DNA of 64,000 nucleotides. Source: Gammaproteobacteria bacterium. Its GTDB lineage: Bacteria; Pseudomonadota; Gammaproteobacteria; JBCCGL01. A program made the position numbers and the translations under genes. Shown here piece after piece: positions 40,497 through 50,375 of this stretch. The stretch spans positions 2,272,001 to 2,336,000 of the forward strand of contig OZ255836.1 of the NCBI GenBank assembly GCA_965277715.1. Reading direction: 5' to 3'. The number at the start of each line of letters is the position of its first letter. The first letter of the stretch is position 1. The notes below the pieces were generated by a model. The model worked only from the letters and a program-made list of their open reading frames with translations. It had not been told where the DNA came from and searched no databases.

Positions 40497-42125
40497 TCAC
40501 TCAGACAGTGATGGCTCGGGCACACCCTCTGGAAACAGGCCGCTATTGACCATAATAGCGGTAATTTGCTGCGCTTCGGGTAACTTCATTTTCATCGTGG
40601 TCGCTAAAGCCTTTAGCAAAAGCTGCCGTGCCTGGCTATCGTCACCAGGGATTGCCCTTACAATTAGCAACATGGCTATCTTGGCCTGGGTAATGGCGAT
40701 GGAGCGCACATCGCCCAGACGTTCATACACCGGCAATTCCTCTTCCCTATGAATCCGCAACGCCTCATCAAGCTGACCCCGTGCCTCCAGGGTGTCCGCA
40801 ATCTGGCCTTTGGTGACCGCGATGGAACGCACATCGCCCAGGCGTTCATATATCGGCAGTTGATCCTCCTCACGGATCCGCAACGCCTCATCAAGCTGAC
40901 CCCGAGCCTTCAGGATATCCGCAATCTGGCCTTTGGTGACCGCGATGGAACGCACATCGCCCAGACGTTCATACACCGGCAGTTGATCCTCCTCACGGAT
41001 CCGCAACGCCTCATCAAGCTGACCCCGAGCCTCCAAAATGTCCGCAATCTGGCCTTTGGTGACCGCGATGGAACGCACATCGCCCAGACGTTCATACACC
41101 GGCAGTTGATCCTCCTCACGGATCCGCAACGCCTCATCAAGCTGACCCCGAGCCTCCAAAATGTCCGCAATCTGGCCTTTGGTGACCGCGATGGAACGCA
41201 CATCGCCCAGACGTTCATACACCGGCAGTTGATCCTCCTCACGGATCCGCAACGCCTCATCAAGCTGACCCCGAGCCTCCAAAATGTCCGCAATCTGGCC
41301 TTTGGTGACCGCGATGGAACGCACATCGCCCAGACGTTCATACACCGGCAATTCCTCTTCCCTATGAATCCGCAACGCCTCATCAAACTGACCTTGTATG
41401 CGTCTGATGGTAGCCAGTCGACTCATGGCGTAAGCATTACTCAGCCGATCATCAAACTGCATGGCAAGATCACCCGCGAGATTGGCTACGGCTTCAGCGG
41501 TAGGGATGTCTCCCAACGCCAGGTGGATATCCACCTTTTCAAGCAACAGGGTAATCTGTTGGTGTGATGCCTCCCGGTCATTGAGGTAGGTTTCAAGCAC
41601 TTGCAGGCGCTGTAATTTTTCCTCTTTATCGATGATATTGACATTCTCAATCGGCTTCAGGTCTACGGGTGTTGTCCCGGTAATCAACTTAAAGTCGAGT
41701 ATCGCCGTTCGCCAGGCCCATAGATCCGGTGCCTGATGGGCAAAACGCGACAATTCGTCTGGGTTCAACCATAGCAAAATACTGGTTTTAAGCGCCTCGG
41801 CCAAGGCTTCCCGCCCATAGTTCAACCGGGCGAACAGTTGCTTGCCACCATGCTGTCGCAGCACTTCGCCAATGCCGGTAACATGCAGTACTGTGGCCTG
41901 TTTAGCCTGTTCAATCAGGGTACTAATAAAGGCCTCTGACGGCAGTGCTGCCGGGATTTCCCATAGATGGGTAGGCAGGGATTGTTCAGCGAGTTTTTTT
42001 TGCAGGGTGTCTACATAGCCCGCGAAGTTGTGCTCGATAAGGATTAGCTGGAATTGGTGGTGATGTTTTAGCAGGCGTTGCAGCCGAATGTAGTCACCGG
42101 AGTGGTAGGTCTTTAGATCGGCCAC
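40497..42125 (-). CDS. TPR-repeat protein with an uncharacterised N-terminal alpha/beta domain
   Basis: N-terminal LNYGREAL...ILLWL...APDLWAWR; 41-aa repeats GDVRSIAVTKGQIADILEARGQLDEALRIREEDQLPVYERL; starts 5 nt after the ATPase stop. Confidence 0.9.
   Translation of the reverse strand: MADLKTYHSGDYIRLQRLLKHHHQFQLILIEHNFAGYVDTLQKKLAEQSLPTHLWEIPAALPSEAFISTLIEQAKQATVLHVTGIGEVLRQHGGKQLFARLNYGREALAEALKTSILLWLNPDELSRFAHQAPDLWAWRTAILDFKLITGTTPVDLKPIENVNIIDKEEKLQRLQVLETYLNDREASHQQITLLLEKVDIHLALGDIPTAEAVANLAGDLAMQFDDRLSNAYAMSRLATIRRIQGQFDEALRIHREEELPVYERLGDVRSIAVTKGQIADILEARGQLDEALRIREEDQLPVYERLGDVRSIAVTKGQIADILEARGQLDEALRIREEDQLPVYERLGDVRSIAVTKGQIADILEARGQLDEALRIREEDQLPVYERLGDVRSIAVTKGQIADILKARGQLDEALRIREEDQLPIYERLGDVRSIAVTKGQIADTLEARGQLDEALRIHREEELPVYERLGDVRSIAITQAKIAMLLIVRAIPGDDSQARQLLLKALATTMKMKLPEAQQITAIMVNSGLFPEGVPEPSLSE
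40696..41392. repeat. 123-bp tandem repeat array (about 5.7 units)
   Basis: Units start at 40696, 40819, 40942, 41065, 41188 and 41311; those at 40942, 41065 and 41188 are identical by manual comparison. Confidence 0.97.
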
Positions 42126-42130
42126 GGTGC

Positions 42131-43441
42131 TTAGAGGGCGGCACGGTAGTTAGGCAACAGCCGCACTACCGGGTGGCTCTGCCACCAGAAATTATTGTAT
42201 TCCAATAAAACCAGATCATAGAGCAGGCGGCGGGTTTGCTCATTGACAGGAGTGAAGTCTTTATTCTCCTGGTCTATGCCGGCAAGCCTGGAGTAATCGT
42301 CAATGGTAATCAGGCGGCTGTATTCCTTGGCAAGCAGTTGTATAGCTTTGTTTGCGATGGCGCAGGTGATGGGAGCGTCGTCGGTCTCCTGGAAGCATAG
42401 GCCAATCAGTCGCAGCAGGTCTCTGGGGTGCCCGCCACAGGCGCCGATCAGTTCATTCAGAGTCGCCTCGCTCTCAAAGGCCTGTATCGGCAGTCGCCGG
42501 GTAATCAGTTCGCGCATTTTTTCCCAGGCGATGGGGATTTTTTTGTCCGACGCTTTTTCCGTGAGTTTTATCATGGGCAGTCTGAATACTGCGTCAAAAT
42601 TCTGCCCGGCCTGCCCTTGTTCTGCCAGTATATGGATAGGTGTGCAGTAGATAAAATTGGCTTTGATTTGCCGCAGTTGGTGAATGTCCTGGATAAAAAA
42701 GGCGGTGGCGTCATCCCCTTGTATCCTGTCGGTGCCGTCGATGATGAAGATCAGGGATTGCGCCAGGTTGTTGGTTTTTATTGCATCCCGGGCAAAATCC
42801 AGGAGCTGGTTGAACGCCTCGGCAAACTCTGAGAAAGCATCTTTGATTTCGCGACGTATTTCCTCTTTATAGCTGGAGTTAGTGCTGATAGCGGTGGTCA
42901 GTGAAGCGAACAGCTTGCCGACCAGAGGTAGCCCGACACTGGCCTCGGCACCCGTTTTCAACTCAGTGGCCAGGCTGCGGGCGCGTTCAATTTTTTCCAC
43001 CCGTGCGTCAAACCAGCGCAGTAACCGGTCGAAGAAGACAAACGGCACGTCGATACCTTCGTCTTGTAAACGCTCGATAAGTGCCTTGGCCTCCAGCAGG
43101 GCTATGTCGCAGTAGCGCAGGTTGTGTACATCCAGCTCTTTGACGGCATCGATGGCAATTACCAGAAAGCCTTCAGGGTTAGCCAGGTCTTTACTGAGTG
43201 CTCTTAATTCGGTGCTTTTGCCACAGCCCCGGTGGCCACCAAACAGTAGGTATTGGTTGTGTAGGTGTGTATTGCGCAACTGCCGGGAGCTGGCGTGCAT
43301 GCCCAACTGACGCAGGATGGGTGCGCGGCTGAATTGACCGCGCGCGGCGCTCAGGTCGACCAGTAGCGGGTCACCAGGGTCTAGCGGCAGATCGTAGTTA
43401 AAGTTTTGCCGGTAGTCCCAAAGGTTTGGGGTGTCGCTCAT
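42131..43441 (-). CDS. P-loop ATPase (AAA+/STAND/KAP-like)
   Basis: Walker A GHRGCGKS, Walker B IFIIDGTD, GGHPRDLL; long helical insert between the motifs; likely start MSDTPN at 43441. Confidence 0.88.
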   Translation of the reverse strand: MSDTPNLWDYRQNFNYDLPLDPGDPLLVDLSAARGQFSRAPILRQLGMHASSRQLRNTHLHNQYLLFGGHRGCGKSTELRALSKDLANPEGFLVIAIDAVKELDVHNLRYCDIALLEAKALIERLQDEGIDVPFVFFDRLLRWFDARVEKIERARSLATELKTGAEASVGLPLVGKLFASLTTAISTNSSYKEEIRREIKDAFSEFAEAFNQLLDFARDAIKTNNLAQSLIFIIDGTDRIQGDDATAFFIQDIHQLRQIKANFIYCTPIHILAEQGQAGQNFDAVFRLPMIKLTEKASDKKIPIAWEKMRELITRRLPIQAFESEATLNELIGACGGHPRDLLRLIGLCFQETDDAPITCAIANKAIQLLAKEYSRLITIDDYSRLAGIDQENKDFTPVNEQTRRLLYDLVLLEYNNFWWQSHPVVRLLPNYRAAL

Positions 43442-43507
43442 GTGTTGGTGTTGTCTGGGATCAGGAAGTGGCAATTCTAGTGTCTGGTGCAGCTAGATGC
43501 CAGTGGT

Positions 43508-43531
43508 ACGCGTTCAGGTGCGCAAGTGCAC
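43508..43531. repeat. 24-bp copy of the mnmG 3' end
   Basis: acgcgttcaggtgcgcaagtgcac versus 45435-45458 acgcgttcaggcgcgcaagcgcac (22/24). Confidence 0.8.
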
Positions 43532-43586
43532 CTGGGCTAAGGTTTTAACCCAGTGTGCTTCGATCCAGAGCATCGCCACTGATAAC

Positions 43587-44027
43587 TTAATCCTCTTCCT
43601 TTAGCCGCATCGCCAACACATCACACTTGGCGTGATGCAATAGGGAGTTTGCGGTGGAACCTAACAGGAGTCTTATACCGTGGCGACCATGGCTACCGAC
43701 GATGATCAGGTCGCTTGCCGTGTTTTTGGCGAGTGACAAGATTTCATCCGATGCATAGCCACAAAGAACCTGGCCATTTTCTATGGCAATCCGGTGTTGC
43801 TTTAGCGTTTTCTCTAATGCCACTTGCGCTTTGGATTTTATGTCATCCGTGGTATCCAGCATCGGTATACCCGCGTAGATGCCGTCATAGCAGGGCACGA
43901 TGCCCATTTCCACTACGGTGACCACTGTCAATTCAGCACGGTATTGCGCGGCTACTTTTTTTGCCCGCGCCAGTATGTAATCTGACTCCGGTATCAGGTC
44001 AATGCCAACAAGAATTTTCTGGTACAT
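43587..44027 (-). CDS. Universal stress protein
   Basis: YQKILVGID, DLIIVGSHGRHG, LGSTA; ATG at 44027 after GGAGG. Confidence 0.93.
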   Translation of the reverse strand: MYQKILVGIDLIPESDYILARAKKVAAQYRAELTVVTVVEMGIVPCYDGIYAGIPMLDTTDDIKSKAQVALEKTLKQHRIAIENGQVLCGYASDEILSLAKNTASDLIIVGSHGRHGIRLLLGSTANSLLHHAKCDVLAMRLKEED

Positions 44028-44104
44028 TTTGATTGCCTCCGATAAGCGAATTTCAATGGGGTCTAGCACACCGCCTACCTTAGCAAAGAGGGCGTGCAGG
44101 GAAA

Positions 44105-44118
44105 TTGCGCTAGATCAA
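44105..44118 (-). promoter_or_regulatory. Candidate FNR/Anr box upstream of usp
   Basis: Minus strand TTGAT-CTAG-CGCAA versus the consensus TTGAT-N4-ATCAA. Confidence 0.5.
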
Positions 44119-44159
44119 CTCAGAGACTCAATCCTGTTCTTTTTTACATAGTTGTCACG

Positions 44160-45413
44160 CTAAGGCTGCCCAAAATAATACTTCCACCATCGAATGGTCA
44201 ATGGCACCGAAATATTGAGTAAAAACGCGGCCAACATTAGTGTGTAAAAGGTATTCGCTGTCATTATGGCGTGTTGTACGTAGGCAATATCCATAACGAC
44301 AAAGGCCAGCTCCGCACGACCTAACATGCCAAAACCGATTAACCAGCTATCTGGCCACGAGAAGTGGCCGGTATAACGCGCCGCCAATCCAGCAGATAGT
44401 ACCTGACCGATAAACAAACCAACGAATAACAATAAACTGTAAGGTAAAACTGTCAGTAATATATCGCCATCAAAAATCAACCGGGTGCCCAAGGTGACAA
44501 AGAACACCGGGCCGATCCAGGAAAACGCGATGTTGTCGATAATCTGCTTGGCCTGGCCATGCCTATCCTGGTCATGCGTATCCCCACTCTGCGGGAGGTG
44601 CAAGTCAAAATATTCGCGCTTGATGACCAAACCGGCCATATAAGCTCCAATAGCGGGATGAAAGCCAAAATGGTGCGCGATAATAGCCACGGAAACCGCG
44701 ATGAGCAGCATCGTCAGAATGGCATTTTCACCGCGTACCATTGACAACACGCGATTGAGGTTAAAACTTCCGATAAAGGGGATTTTGCCAACCCAGCCTT
44801 TACTGACGGGAAATAACCAACCCCCCAGTAATATGATGATGAGGAAAAATAAAACCGCTTTGCCCGCGACAAAACCCAGTCCGACGATAGAGAAAGCGGC
44901 CTCTCCGGTCGCTATCGGCACCATAACGGCAACCAGCGCCAGCGAGGCAATGTCGTCGAGAACAGCGGATGTCATAATCCCAGTGGCGGCGGGTGTATTG
45001 TGCAAACCCTCGGTTTTCAACGACGCCATGGTCAACGATACTGCGGTGGCGGTCATGGCCAAACCGGCCAGTAAAGCCATTGGGAAATCGCCCCAAAAAT
45101 ACCATACCGTCAGGTAGGCAATGGTAAATGGCGCAAGCGCACCGAAAAAAGCGATGCCCCAACTGCGCTTAATACTGCTGAGAAAATTGCCTGTGTTTTC
45201 CTCAAAGCCGAGCGCGAACATGATTAAAATAATGCCCAGCTCAGCAAAATCAGCAATAAACACAGGCATTTCAGCGGGCAAAACACCCATGTTGACCATC
45301 GCCGCCCCGAAAAACAGATACCACAGTACGGGGGTTAATCGGGTGCGATGTGCAGCGTATGAGGCGGCAAATACGCCCAGCCAAATAATCACTAATAAGG
45401 TTAAATCGTGCAT
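44160..45413 (-). CDS. Cation:proton antiporter (CPA2 family)
   Basis: ATAVSLT, SAVLDDI, PVFFV, MLGRAE; about 12 hydrophobic segments. Confidence 0.9.
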   Translation of the reverse strand: MHDLTLLVIIWLGVFAASYAAHRTRLTPVLWYLFFGAAMVNMGVLPAEMPVFIADFAELGIILIMFALGFEENTGNFLSSIKRSWGIAFFGALAPFTIAYLTVWYFWGDFPMALLAGLAMTATAVSLTMASLKTEGLHNTPAATGIMTSAVLDDIASLALVAVMVPIATGEAAFSIVGLGFVAGKAVLFFLIIILLGGWLFPVSKGWVGKIPFIGSFNLNRVLSMVRGENAILTMLLIAVSVAIIAHHFGFHPAIGAYMAGLVIKREYFDLHLPQSGDTHDQDRHGQAKQIIDNIAFSWIGPVFFVTLGTRLIFDGDILLTVLPYSLLLFVGLFIGQVLSAGLAARYTGHFSWPDSWLIGFGMLGRAELAFVVMDIAYVQHAIMTANTFYTLMLAAFLLNISVPLTIRWWKYYFGQP

Positions 45414-45440
45414 AGTTTGCCTCTAATGCGGCGCACGCGT

Positions 45441-47333
45441 TCAGGCGCGCAAGCGCACGTCACCCCGCTGTTTTTTCAGGTGCACCAGCAGCAGCGAAAC
45501 AGCGGCGGGCGTGATCCCCGCGATGCGTGACGCCTGGCCAATGGTCTCGGGCCGGTGCTGGGTCAGTTTTTGGCGTACCTCGTTAGATAGACCTCTTACC
45601 TGTGCGTAGTCGATGCCCTCTGGCAGGGCAGTTTCCCCGTGGCGCCGCTGGCGCGCTATTTCATCCTGCTGGCGCACTACATAGCCCGCGTACTTCGCCT
45701 GGGTCTCGACTTGCTCTAACACTTCATCAGGGTAGGCGTCGGTGGGTTTTTGCAAAGCGCCCATCAGTGCGTGGATGCTCACGCTGGGGCGTTTCAATAT
45801 ATCGCTGGCGTGTTGTTCTTTGCTGAGGCTATCACCACAGGTTTGTTCGATAGCGGTGGCAACCGCATCACCGGGCTTGATGTGGACGCTGCGCAGTTGT
45901 TGTTGCAGGTGTTCGATGGATTCGCATTTGCGCTGGAATGCCTGCCAGCGCACCTCATCAACTAAGCCCAGGTCACGGCCAATTTCGGTGAGGCGCAAAT
46001 CGGCGTTGTCTTCGCGCAGTTGCAGGCGGTATTCGGCGCGGCTGGTGAACATGCGGTAGGGTTCATTGGTGCCACGGGTGATCAAATCATCGATGAGCAC
46101 GCCGATATACGCCTGGTCGCGACGCGGTGACCAGCCCGCTTTACCCTGCACGGCGCGCGCGGCATTTAAGCCTGCGATGAGTCCTTGCGCGGCGGCTTCT
46201 TCGTAGCCGGTGGTGCCGTTGATCTGCCCGGCAAAGTACAGACCGGAGATGGGTTTGGTTTCCAGTGTGCTGCGCAAATCCCGTGGGTCGAAAAAGTCGT
46301 ATTCGATGGCGTAGCCGGGGCGGGTGATATGCGCGTTTTCAAACCCGACGATGGAGCGCACGTAGTCGTATTGCACGTCAAACGGTAGGCTGGTGGAGAT
46401 ACCATTGGGGTAGATTTCGTGGGTGTGCAGGCCTTCTGGTTCAATAAAAATCTGGTGCGAGGTTTTATCGGCAAAGCGCACTACTTTGTCTTCAATCGAG
46501 GGGCAGTAACGCGGCCCGGTGCCTTCGATATGGCCTGCGTACATCGCCGAGCGCGCCAGGTTTTCGCGGATGATGTCGTGGGTGCGTGGGTTGGTCTGGG
46601 TGATGTGGCAGACGGTTTGCGCCGGGTGGTCTGCGCGTGAGCCGAGGAATGAGAACACCGGACGGGGTTCGTCGCCCGTTTGTACCTGCAGGCCGCTGTA
46701 GTCGATGCTGCGCCCATCGATACGCGGTGGCGTACCGGTTTTTAAGCGTTCGACGCTAAATGGCAGGGCGCGCAAGCGCTCTGCCAGAGCGATTGCAGGG
46801 GGATCACCGGCGCGGCCACCGGCGGTGTTGACGTCGCCGATGTGGATTTTTCCGGCCAGGAAGGTGCCGACGGTGAGTACGACGGCGGGGGCGTTAAACC
46901 GCAGACCGGTGGCGGTGAGCACACCGCAGATACGCGTGTTGTCGATAATCAGATCGTCGACGCCCTGTTGAAATAGGGTTAGGTTTACTTGGTTTTCCAG
47001 GGTGTGACGAATGGCCTGGCGGTAGAGTTGGCGGTCGGCCTGGGCGCGGGTGGCACGCACGGCGGGGCCTTTGCTGGCGTTGAGTCGGCGGATGTGGATA
47101 CCGGCAGTATCCGCCGCTTTGGCCATGGCGCCGCCGAGGGCGTCGATTTCTTTGACCAGGTGGCTTTTGCCGATGCCGCCTATGGCCGGGTTGCAGCTCA
47201 TTTGCCCGAGGGTTTCGATGTTGTGGGTGAGCAGTAGGGTACGGGCGCCGGTGCGGGCGCTGGCCAGGGCGGCTTCGGTGCCTGCGTGGCCGCCGCCTAT
47301 GACGATGACATCAAACTGTTGTGTGAAGGTCAT
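45441..47333 (-). CDS. mnmG: tRNA uridine-5-carboxymethylaminomethyl modification enzyme
   Basis: [51 protein letters not shown]; start MTFTQ at 47333. Confidence 0.98.
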   Translation of the reverse strand: MTFTQQFDVIVIGGGHAGTEAALASARTGARTLLLTHNIETLGQMSCNPAIGGIGKSHLVKEIDALGGAMAKAADTAGIHIRRLNASKGPAVRATRAQADRQLYRQAIRHTLENQVNLTLFQQGVDDLIIDNTRICGVLTATGLRFNAPAVVLTVGTFLAGKIHIGDVNTAGGRAGDPPAIALAERLRALPFSVERLKTGTPPRIDGRSIDYSGLQVQTGDEPRPVFSFLGSRADHPAQTVCHITQTNPRTHDIIRENLARSAMYAGHIEGTGPRYCPSIEDKVVRFADKTSHQIFIEPEGLHTHEIYPNGISTSLPFDVQYDYVRSIVGFENAHITRPGYAIEYDFFDPRDLRSTLETKPISGLYFAGQINGTTGYEEAAAQGLIAGLNAARAVQGKAGWSPRRDQAYIGVLIDDLITRGTNEPYRMFTSRAEYRLQLREDNADLRLTEIGRDLGLVDEVRWQAFQRKCESIEHLQQQLRSVHIKPGDAVATAIEQTCGDSLSKEQHASDILKRPSVSIHALMGALQKPTDAYPDEVLEQVETQAKYAGYVVRQQDEIARQRRHGETALPEGIDYAQVRGLSNEVRQKLTQHRPETIGQASRIAGITPAAVSLLLVHLKKQRGDVRLRA

Positions 47334-47875
47334 TGGTGATGCCAAGGGTGCGAAATAGGGGATTTTAACGGGTTCTGGTGGGTATACCAAGGTGCAAATT
47401 ACCCGAGGGGGAAAGGGATGACTTATCCTGTTTGTATTTGTATACAGGTGGTGTAGGGGCGGTGGGGTTTCAGTGTATTTCTTTATCCTTTCACAGGCGA
47501 AGCTACCGCTCCTGCTCAAGCCTCCTTACCTACATCCTTATTTCAGCTTCACCTGAAGTGGCCACGCGATAATTCGTCTGTGTGTGGATTTATAGGCCAG
47601 CTCCAATTTCCCTAATGACAGCCTGGGTACGGTGGGTAGTTGGACAGGTATATGTCGGGCGCTTGCTTGTAATATATTAAATATGACTGTTCCCCTTTTT
47701 TCCTTTTTCGTTATGTTTTTTTACTCAGCAATTTCTCGGTGAAATGAAAATTTTTCCTTTTCAAACAATATTCTTGACACAATCAAATCCAAAGCAACTT
47801 TGACTCGTTTTAGCAACTTTTTAAGACACACTCCAAGGCAAGAGGGGCAGTATCTAAAAGCACAGCAAACCTTTA

Positions 47876-48054
47876 AACCTAAATTCCGCAGTTGAATCGT
47901 AGCGAGGGCATCTAAGGTGCTGAAGATGAAGTGTTTTTACCAGAATTTTAGCAATCCTGTAGTCATTCTACAGGTGAAGCTGAAATTCTGGTAAAAGCGC
48001 TTTAGATTCAGTGCATTAGGTGGCCGCAGTAGATTCAACTGAGGAATTTAGGTT
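47876..48054. mobile_element. Complete 179-bp MITE-like palindromic element
   Basis: 23-bp terminal inverted repeats aacctaaattcc(g/t)cagttgaatc (22/23); internal nested inverted repeats ttttaccagaattt/aaattctggtaaaa and cctgtag/ctacagg; no ORF. Confidence 0.85.
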
Positions 48055-48081
48055 AAAACAGGTATCTTTCATCGTTTAATG

Positions 48082-49863
48082 CTAGCCTAGGCGGCACTCG
48101 ACCAGCGGTTTAGGCATACCGCAGGCGTAGCCTTGAGCGTGGTTAATTTTCAAGTCATTTAGAATTTGCAAACTTTCCCTATGCTCGACGCCTTCTGCCA
48201 CGGTCTGCATACCGAGTGCTTGAGAGACGTCCGATACGGACTGCACGATCATTCGGTTGACCGCATCGGTATGAATATGGGTAATAAAGCTGCCATCGAT
48301 TTTAATATAGTCGACTGGCAGGTGGCGCAGATATGACAAAGAGGACATCCCACAACCGAAGTCATCAAGGGCGAAGTGGTAGTCTTTTTTACGCAATCGT
48401 TGCAATACGCCAATGGTGTAATCCAGGTCGCCCATTGCAGCGGTCTCGGTAATCTCAAAACACAGTTGTGCCGGACGAATGCGCGCCTTGGCCACCATCT
48501 GCATAATATGCGCGCTAACCCGAGGGTCGCCGAGCGAAAGACCGGAGAGATTAACAGTAAACCGCGCATTACCATCTCGGAACCAGTGGGCATAGCGGGT
48601 CAATAAGGTTTTCACCACCCACAGATCAATATCGATAATGCTACCGTAGCGTTCAGCAGCCGGAATAAAAGACTCCGGCAACACCAGACGGTTATCTTCG
48701 CGCAGGCGCAGGAGAATTTCGTGAACCGGGGGACTATCAGGCGTGGACAGGGATACGATGGGTTGAGCGTACAGCTCAAAACGGTCCTTCGCAACGGCGT
48801 CTTTGAGCGAGCCTGCCGTAATAATGTCTGTGTGATAGCGGTTGACCCGTTGGTCGTCGGGTTGGTACGTACAGATTTGGTTACGGCCTTTATCCTTGGC
48901 CATCAGACAGGCGACATCGGCACAGCTTAAGGCGTCACCGGGGTCGTCCGCATGGTTGGAAAATGGTGCCAATCCGATGCTGACGCTGACATTAAAACAT
49001 CGGCCCGACCAGCTAAAGCGCATGGCGCGAATGGCACTGAGTAGGCGTTCGGCAAGTTCCTTAGCCTGAGACAAGGTTTTGTCGGTCAAGATCAAAATAA
49101 ACTCATCGCCTCCGACCCGTGCCAGAATATCTTCGTCGCGTATGGAGCGTTGAAACAACCCTGCCAGTTGTTGCAACAGTGCATCCCCGGCCTCATGGCC
49201 GACCGAATCGTTAACTAACTTAAATTGATCGACATCAAGGTAGCATAAGACATGATAGCGGCTGCCGTGGTCGGTTTCGGACACTAAGCCCTGTAAATGC
49301 TTTTCAAAAGCGGCCCGGTTTAGCAGCCCGGTCAACTTATCGTGATTGGCTTGATAGGCCAGTTGTTCATTTTTTTCCTGAAGTTCCTGAGTTTTATCCT
49401 GTAGCTTATCGTGGGCTTGCTGCAAGCGTTTCTCAAAATTTTTCTGATCCGTAATATCGCTGGTAATAGCACCGATATAAGCGATTTCACCGGAATCGTC
49501 GAGAATGGGGAATTTATAGCAGTAGTGAATACGGTGGGCGCCGTCGGGCGTGACCAATTCGTATTCCCGCCCAATAGCTTCTTTGCAAGCAATCACCTCG
49601 TGGTCATGGGCTTCAAAGAATGCAGCCTCTTCCGGCCGAAATATCTCCTGAGCGGTCGGGCCGCCGTCTCCCCAGCCTTGCTCACCATAGAGTTGCCGGG
49701 TGCGGCGACTGGTCATAATATGATGGCCATTCAAGTCTTTAAGATAAATCTCGACCGGCGCATGATCGAGAATTTCCTGCAATTGCCGGGTGCGGTCATA
49801 CAGTGCAGCTTCGACCGCGCTCAAGTCACGGGAGGGTTTGTTATCCACCGGAGTCAACGGCAA
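48082..49863 (-). CDS. PAS-GGDEF-EAL c-di-GMP signalling protein
   Basis: PAS/PAC, coiled coil, HDKLTGL, GGDEF, EILLR, EITET, DDFG, VAEGVE, QGY. Confidence 0.93.
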   Translation of the reverse strand: MPLTPVDNKPSRDLSAVEAALYDRTRQLQEILDHAPVEIYLKDLNGHHIMTSRRTRQLYGEQGWGDGGPTAQEIFRPEEAAFFEAHDHEVIACKEAIGREYELVTPDGAHRIHYCYKFPILDDSGEIAYIGAITSDITDQKNFEKRLQQAHDKLQDKTQELQEKNEQLAYQANHDKLTGLLNRAAFEKHLQGLVSETDHGSRYHVLCYLDVDQFKLVNDSVGHEAGDALLQQLAGLFQRSIRDEDILARVGGDEFILILTDKTLSQAKELAERLLSAIRAMRFSWSGRCFNVSVSIGLAPFSNHADDPGDALSCADVACLMAKDKGRNQICTYQPDDQRVNRYHTDIITAGSLKDAVAKDRFELYAQPIVSLSTPDSPPVHEILLRLREDNRLVLPESFIPAAERYGSIIDIDLWVVKTLLTRYAHWFRDGNARFTVNLSGLSLGDPRVSAHIMQMVAKARIRPAQLCFEITETAAMGDLDYTIGVLQRLRKKDYHFALDDFGCGMSSLSYLRHLPVDYIKIDGSFITHIHTDAVNRMIVQSVSDVSQALGMQTVAEGVEHRESLQILNDLKINHAQGYACGMPKPLVECRLG

Positions 49864-49939
49864 TACGCCGAATATCCCGCGCAGTGGTTGCTGGAAAAAG
49901 TAATATTCATTATCTGCTCTGGTGGCTGGGGTTTTATCG

Positions 49940-50345
49940 TTATTGTGAGCGGTCTATAAGCCGCCTGACTTCTGAGTATAGGAGAGCAGGAGGTTTTTGC
50001 CGGACAGATGCTATTATCCGGCCCCGGTGAATATTACCAGCTAGTAAGAAAATCGCCGATACGCTATCGTAAAACAGGTTAAAGACCTGGTAGCTTACAT
50101 CCGCTTCTGCACATGACATAAGCGCAAGCCCTGCCAGCAAAGCCAAGCCCATCATGCTACCGGGCAACACCCACGGCGGTATCGCTACCGGCAGCCACAG
50201 CGTCATCAACAACAGCAATACGCCGTAACCCGGCCCAACCACTAAACCGATGAATTACAGCGCCAACCGCACCAGAATTTGCTGTACGGTAGCGAAGAGT
50301 GCGGTGATACGCCCCTCCACCCAATTAAGCCATTGCACAGCTTTT
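49940..50345 (-). pseudogene. Probable MFS transporter C-terminal remnant
   Basis: Broken hydrophobic frames: EGRITALFATVQQIL, then VGPGYGVLLLL...; no credible start. Confidence 0.35.
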
Positions 50346-50375
50346 TCGCGCTCAACTACGTTTTCTAGGTTAAAT

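Noticed and set aside
40696-41392. Possible CRISPR array
   Set aside because: Units are 123 bp, contiguous, in frame within a CDS, and lack unique spacers; no cas genes.
40676-41567. Long alternative-frame ORFs over the TPR gene
   Set aside because: A stop-free repeat unit with length divisible by 3 keeps other frames open.
47334-47519. 62-aa N-terminal extension of MnmG in the ORF track
   Set aside because: Family similarity begins at MTFTQ (47333). The same applies to the extended starts at 22952, 37596, 39955, 44069 and 60389.
47705-47870. HipA C-terminal remnant
   Set aside because: Only a vague helical resemblance with no diagnostic motif; left unassigned.
47334-48081. oriC upstream of mnmG
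   Set aside because: No cluster of good TTATCCACA boxes or clear unwinding repeats seen.
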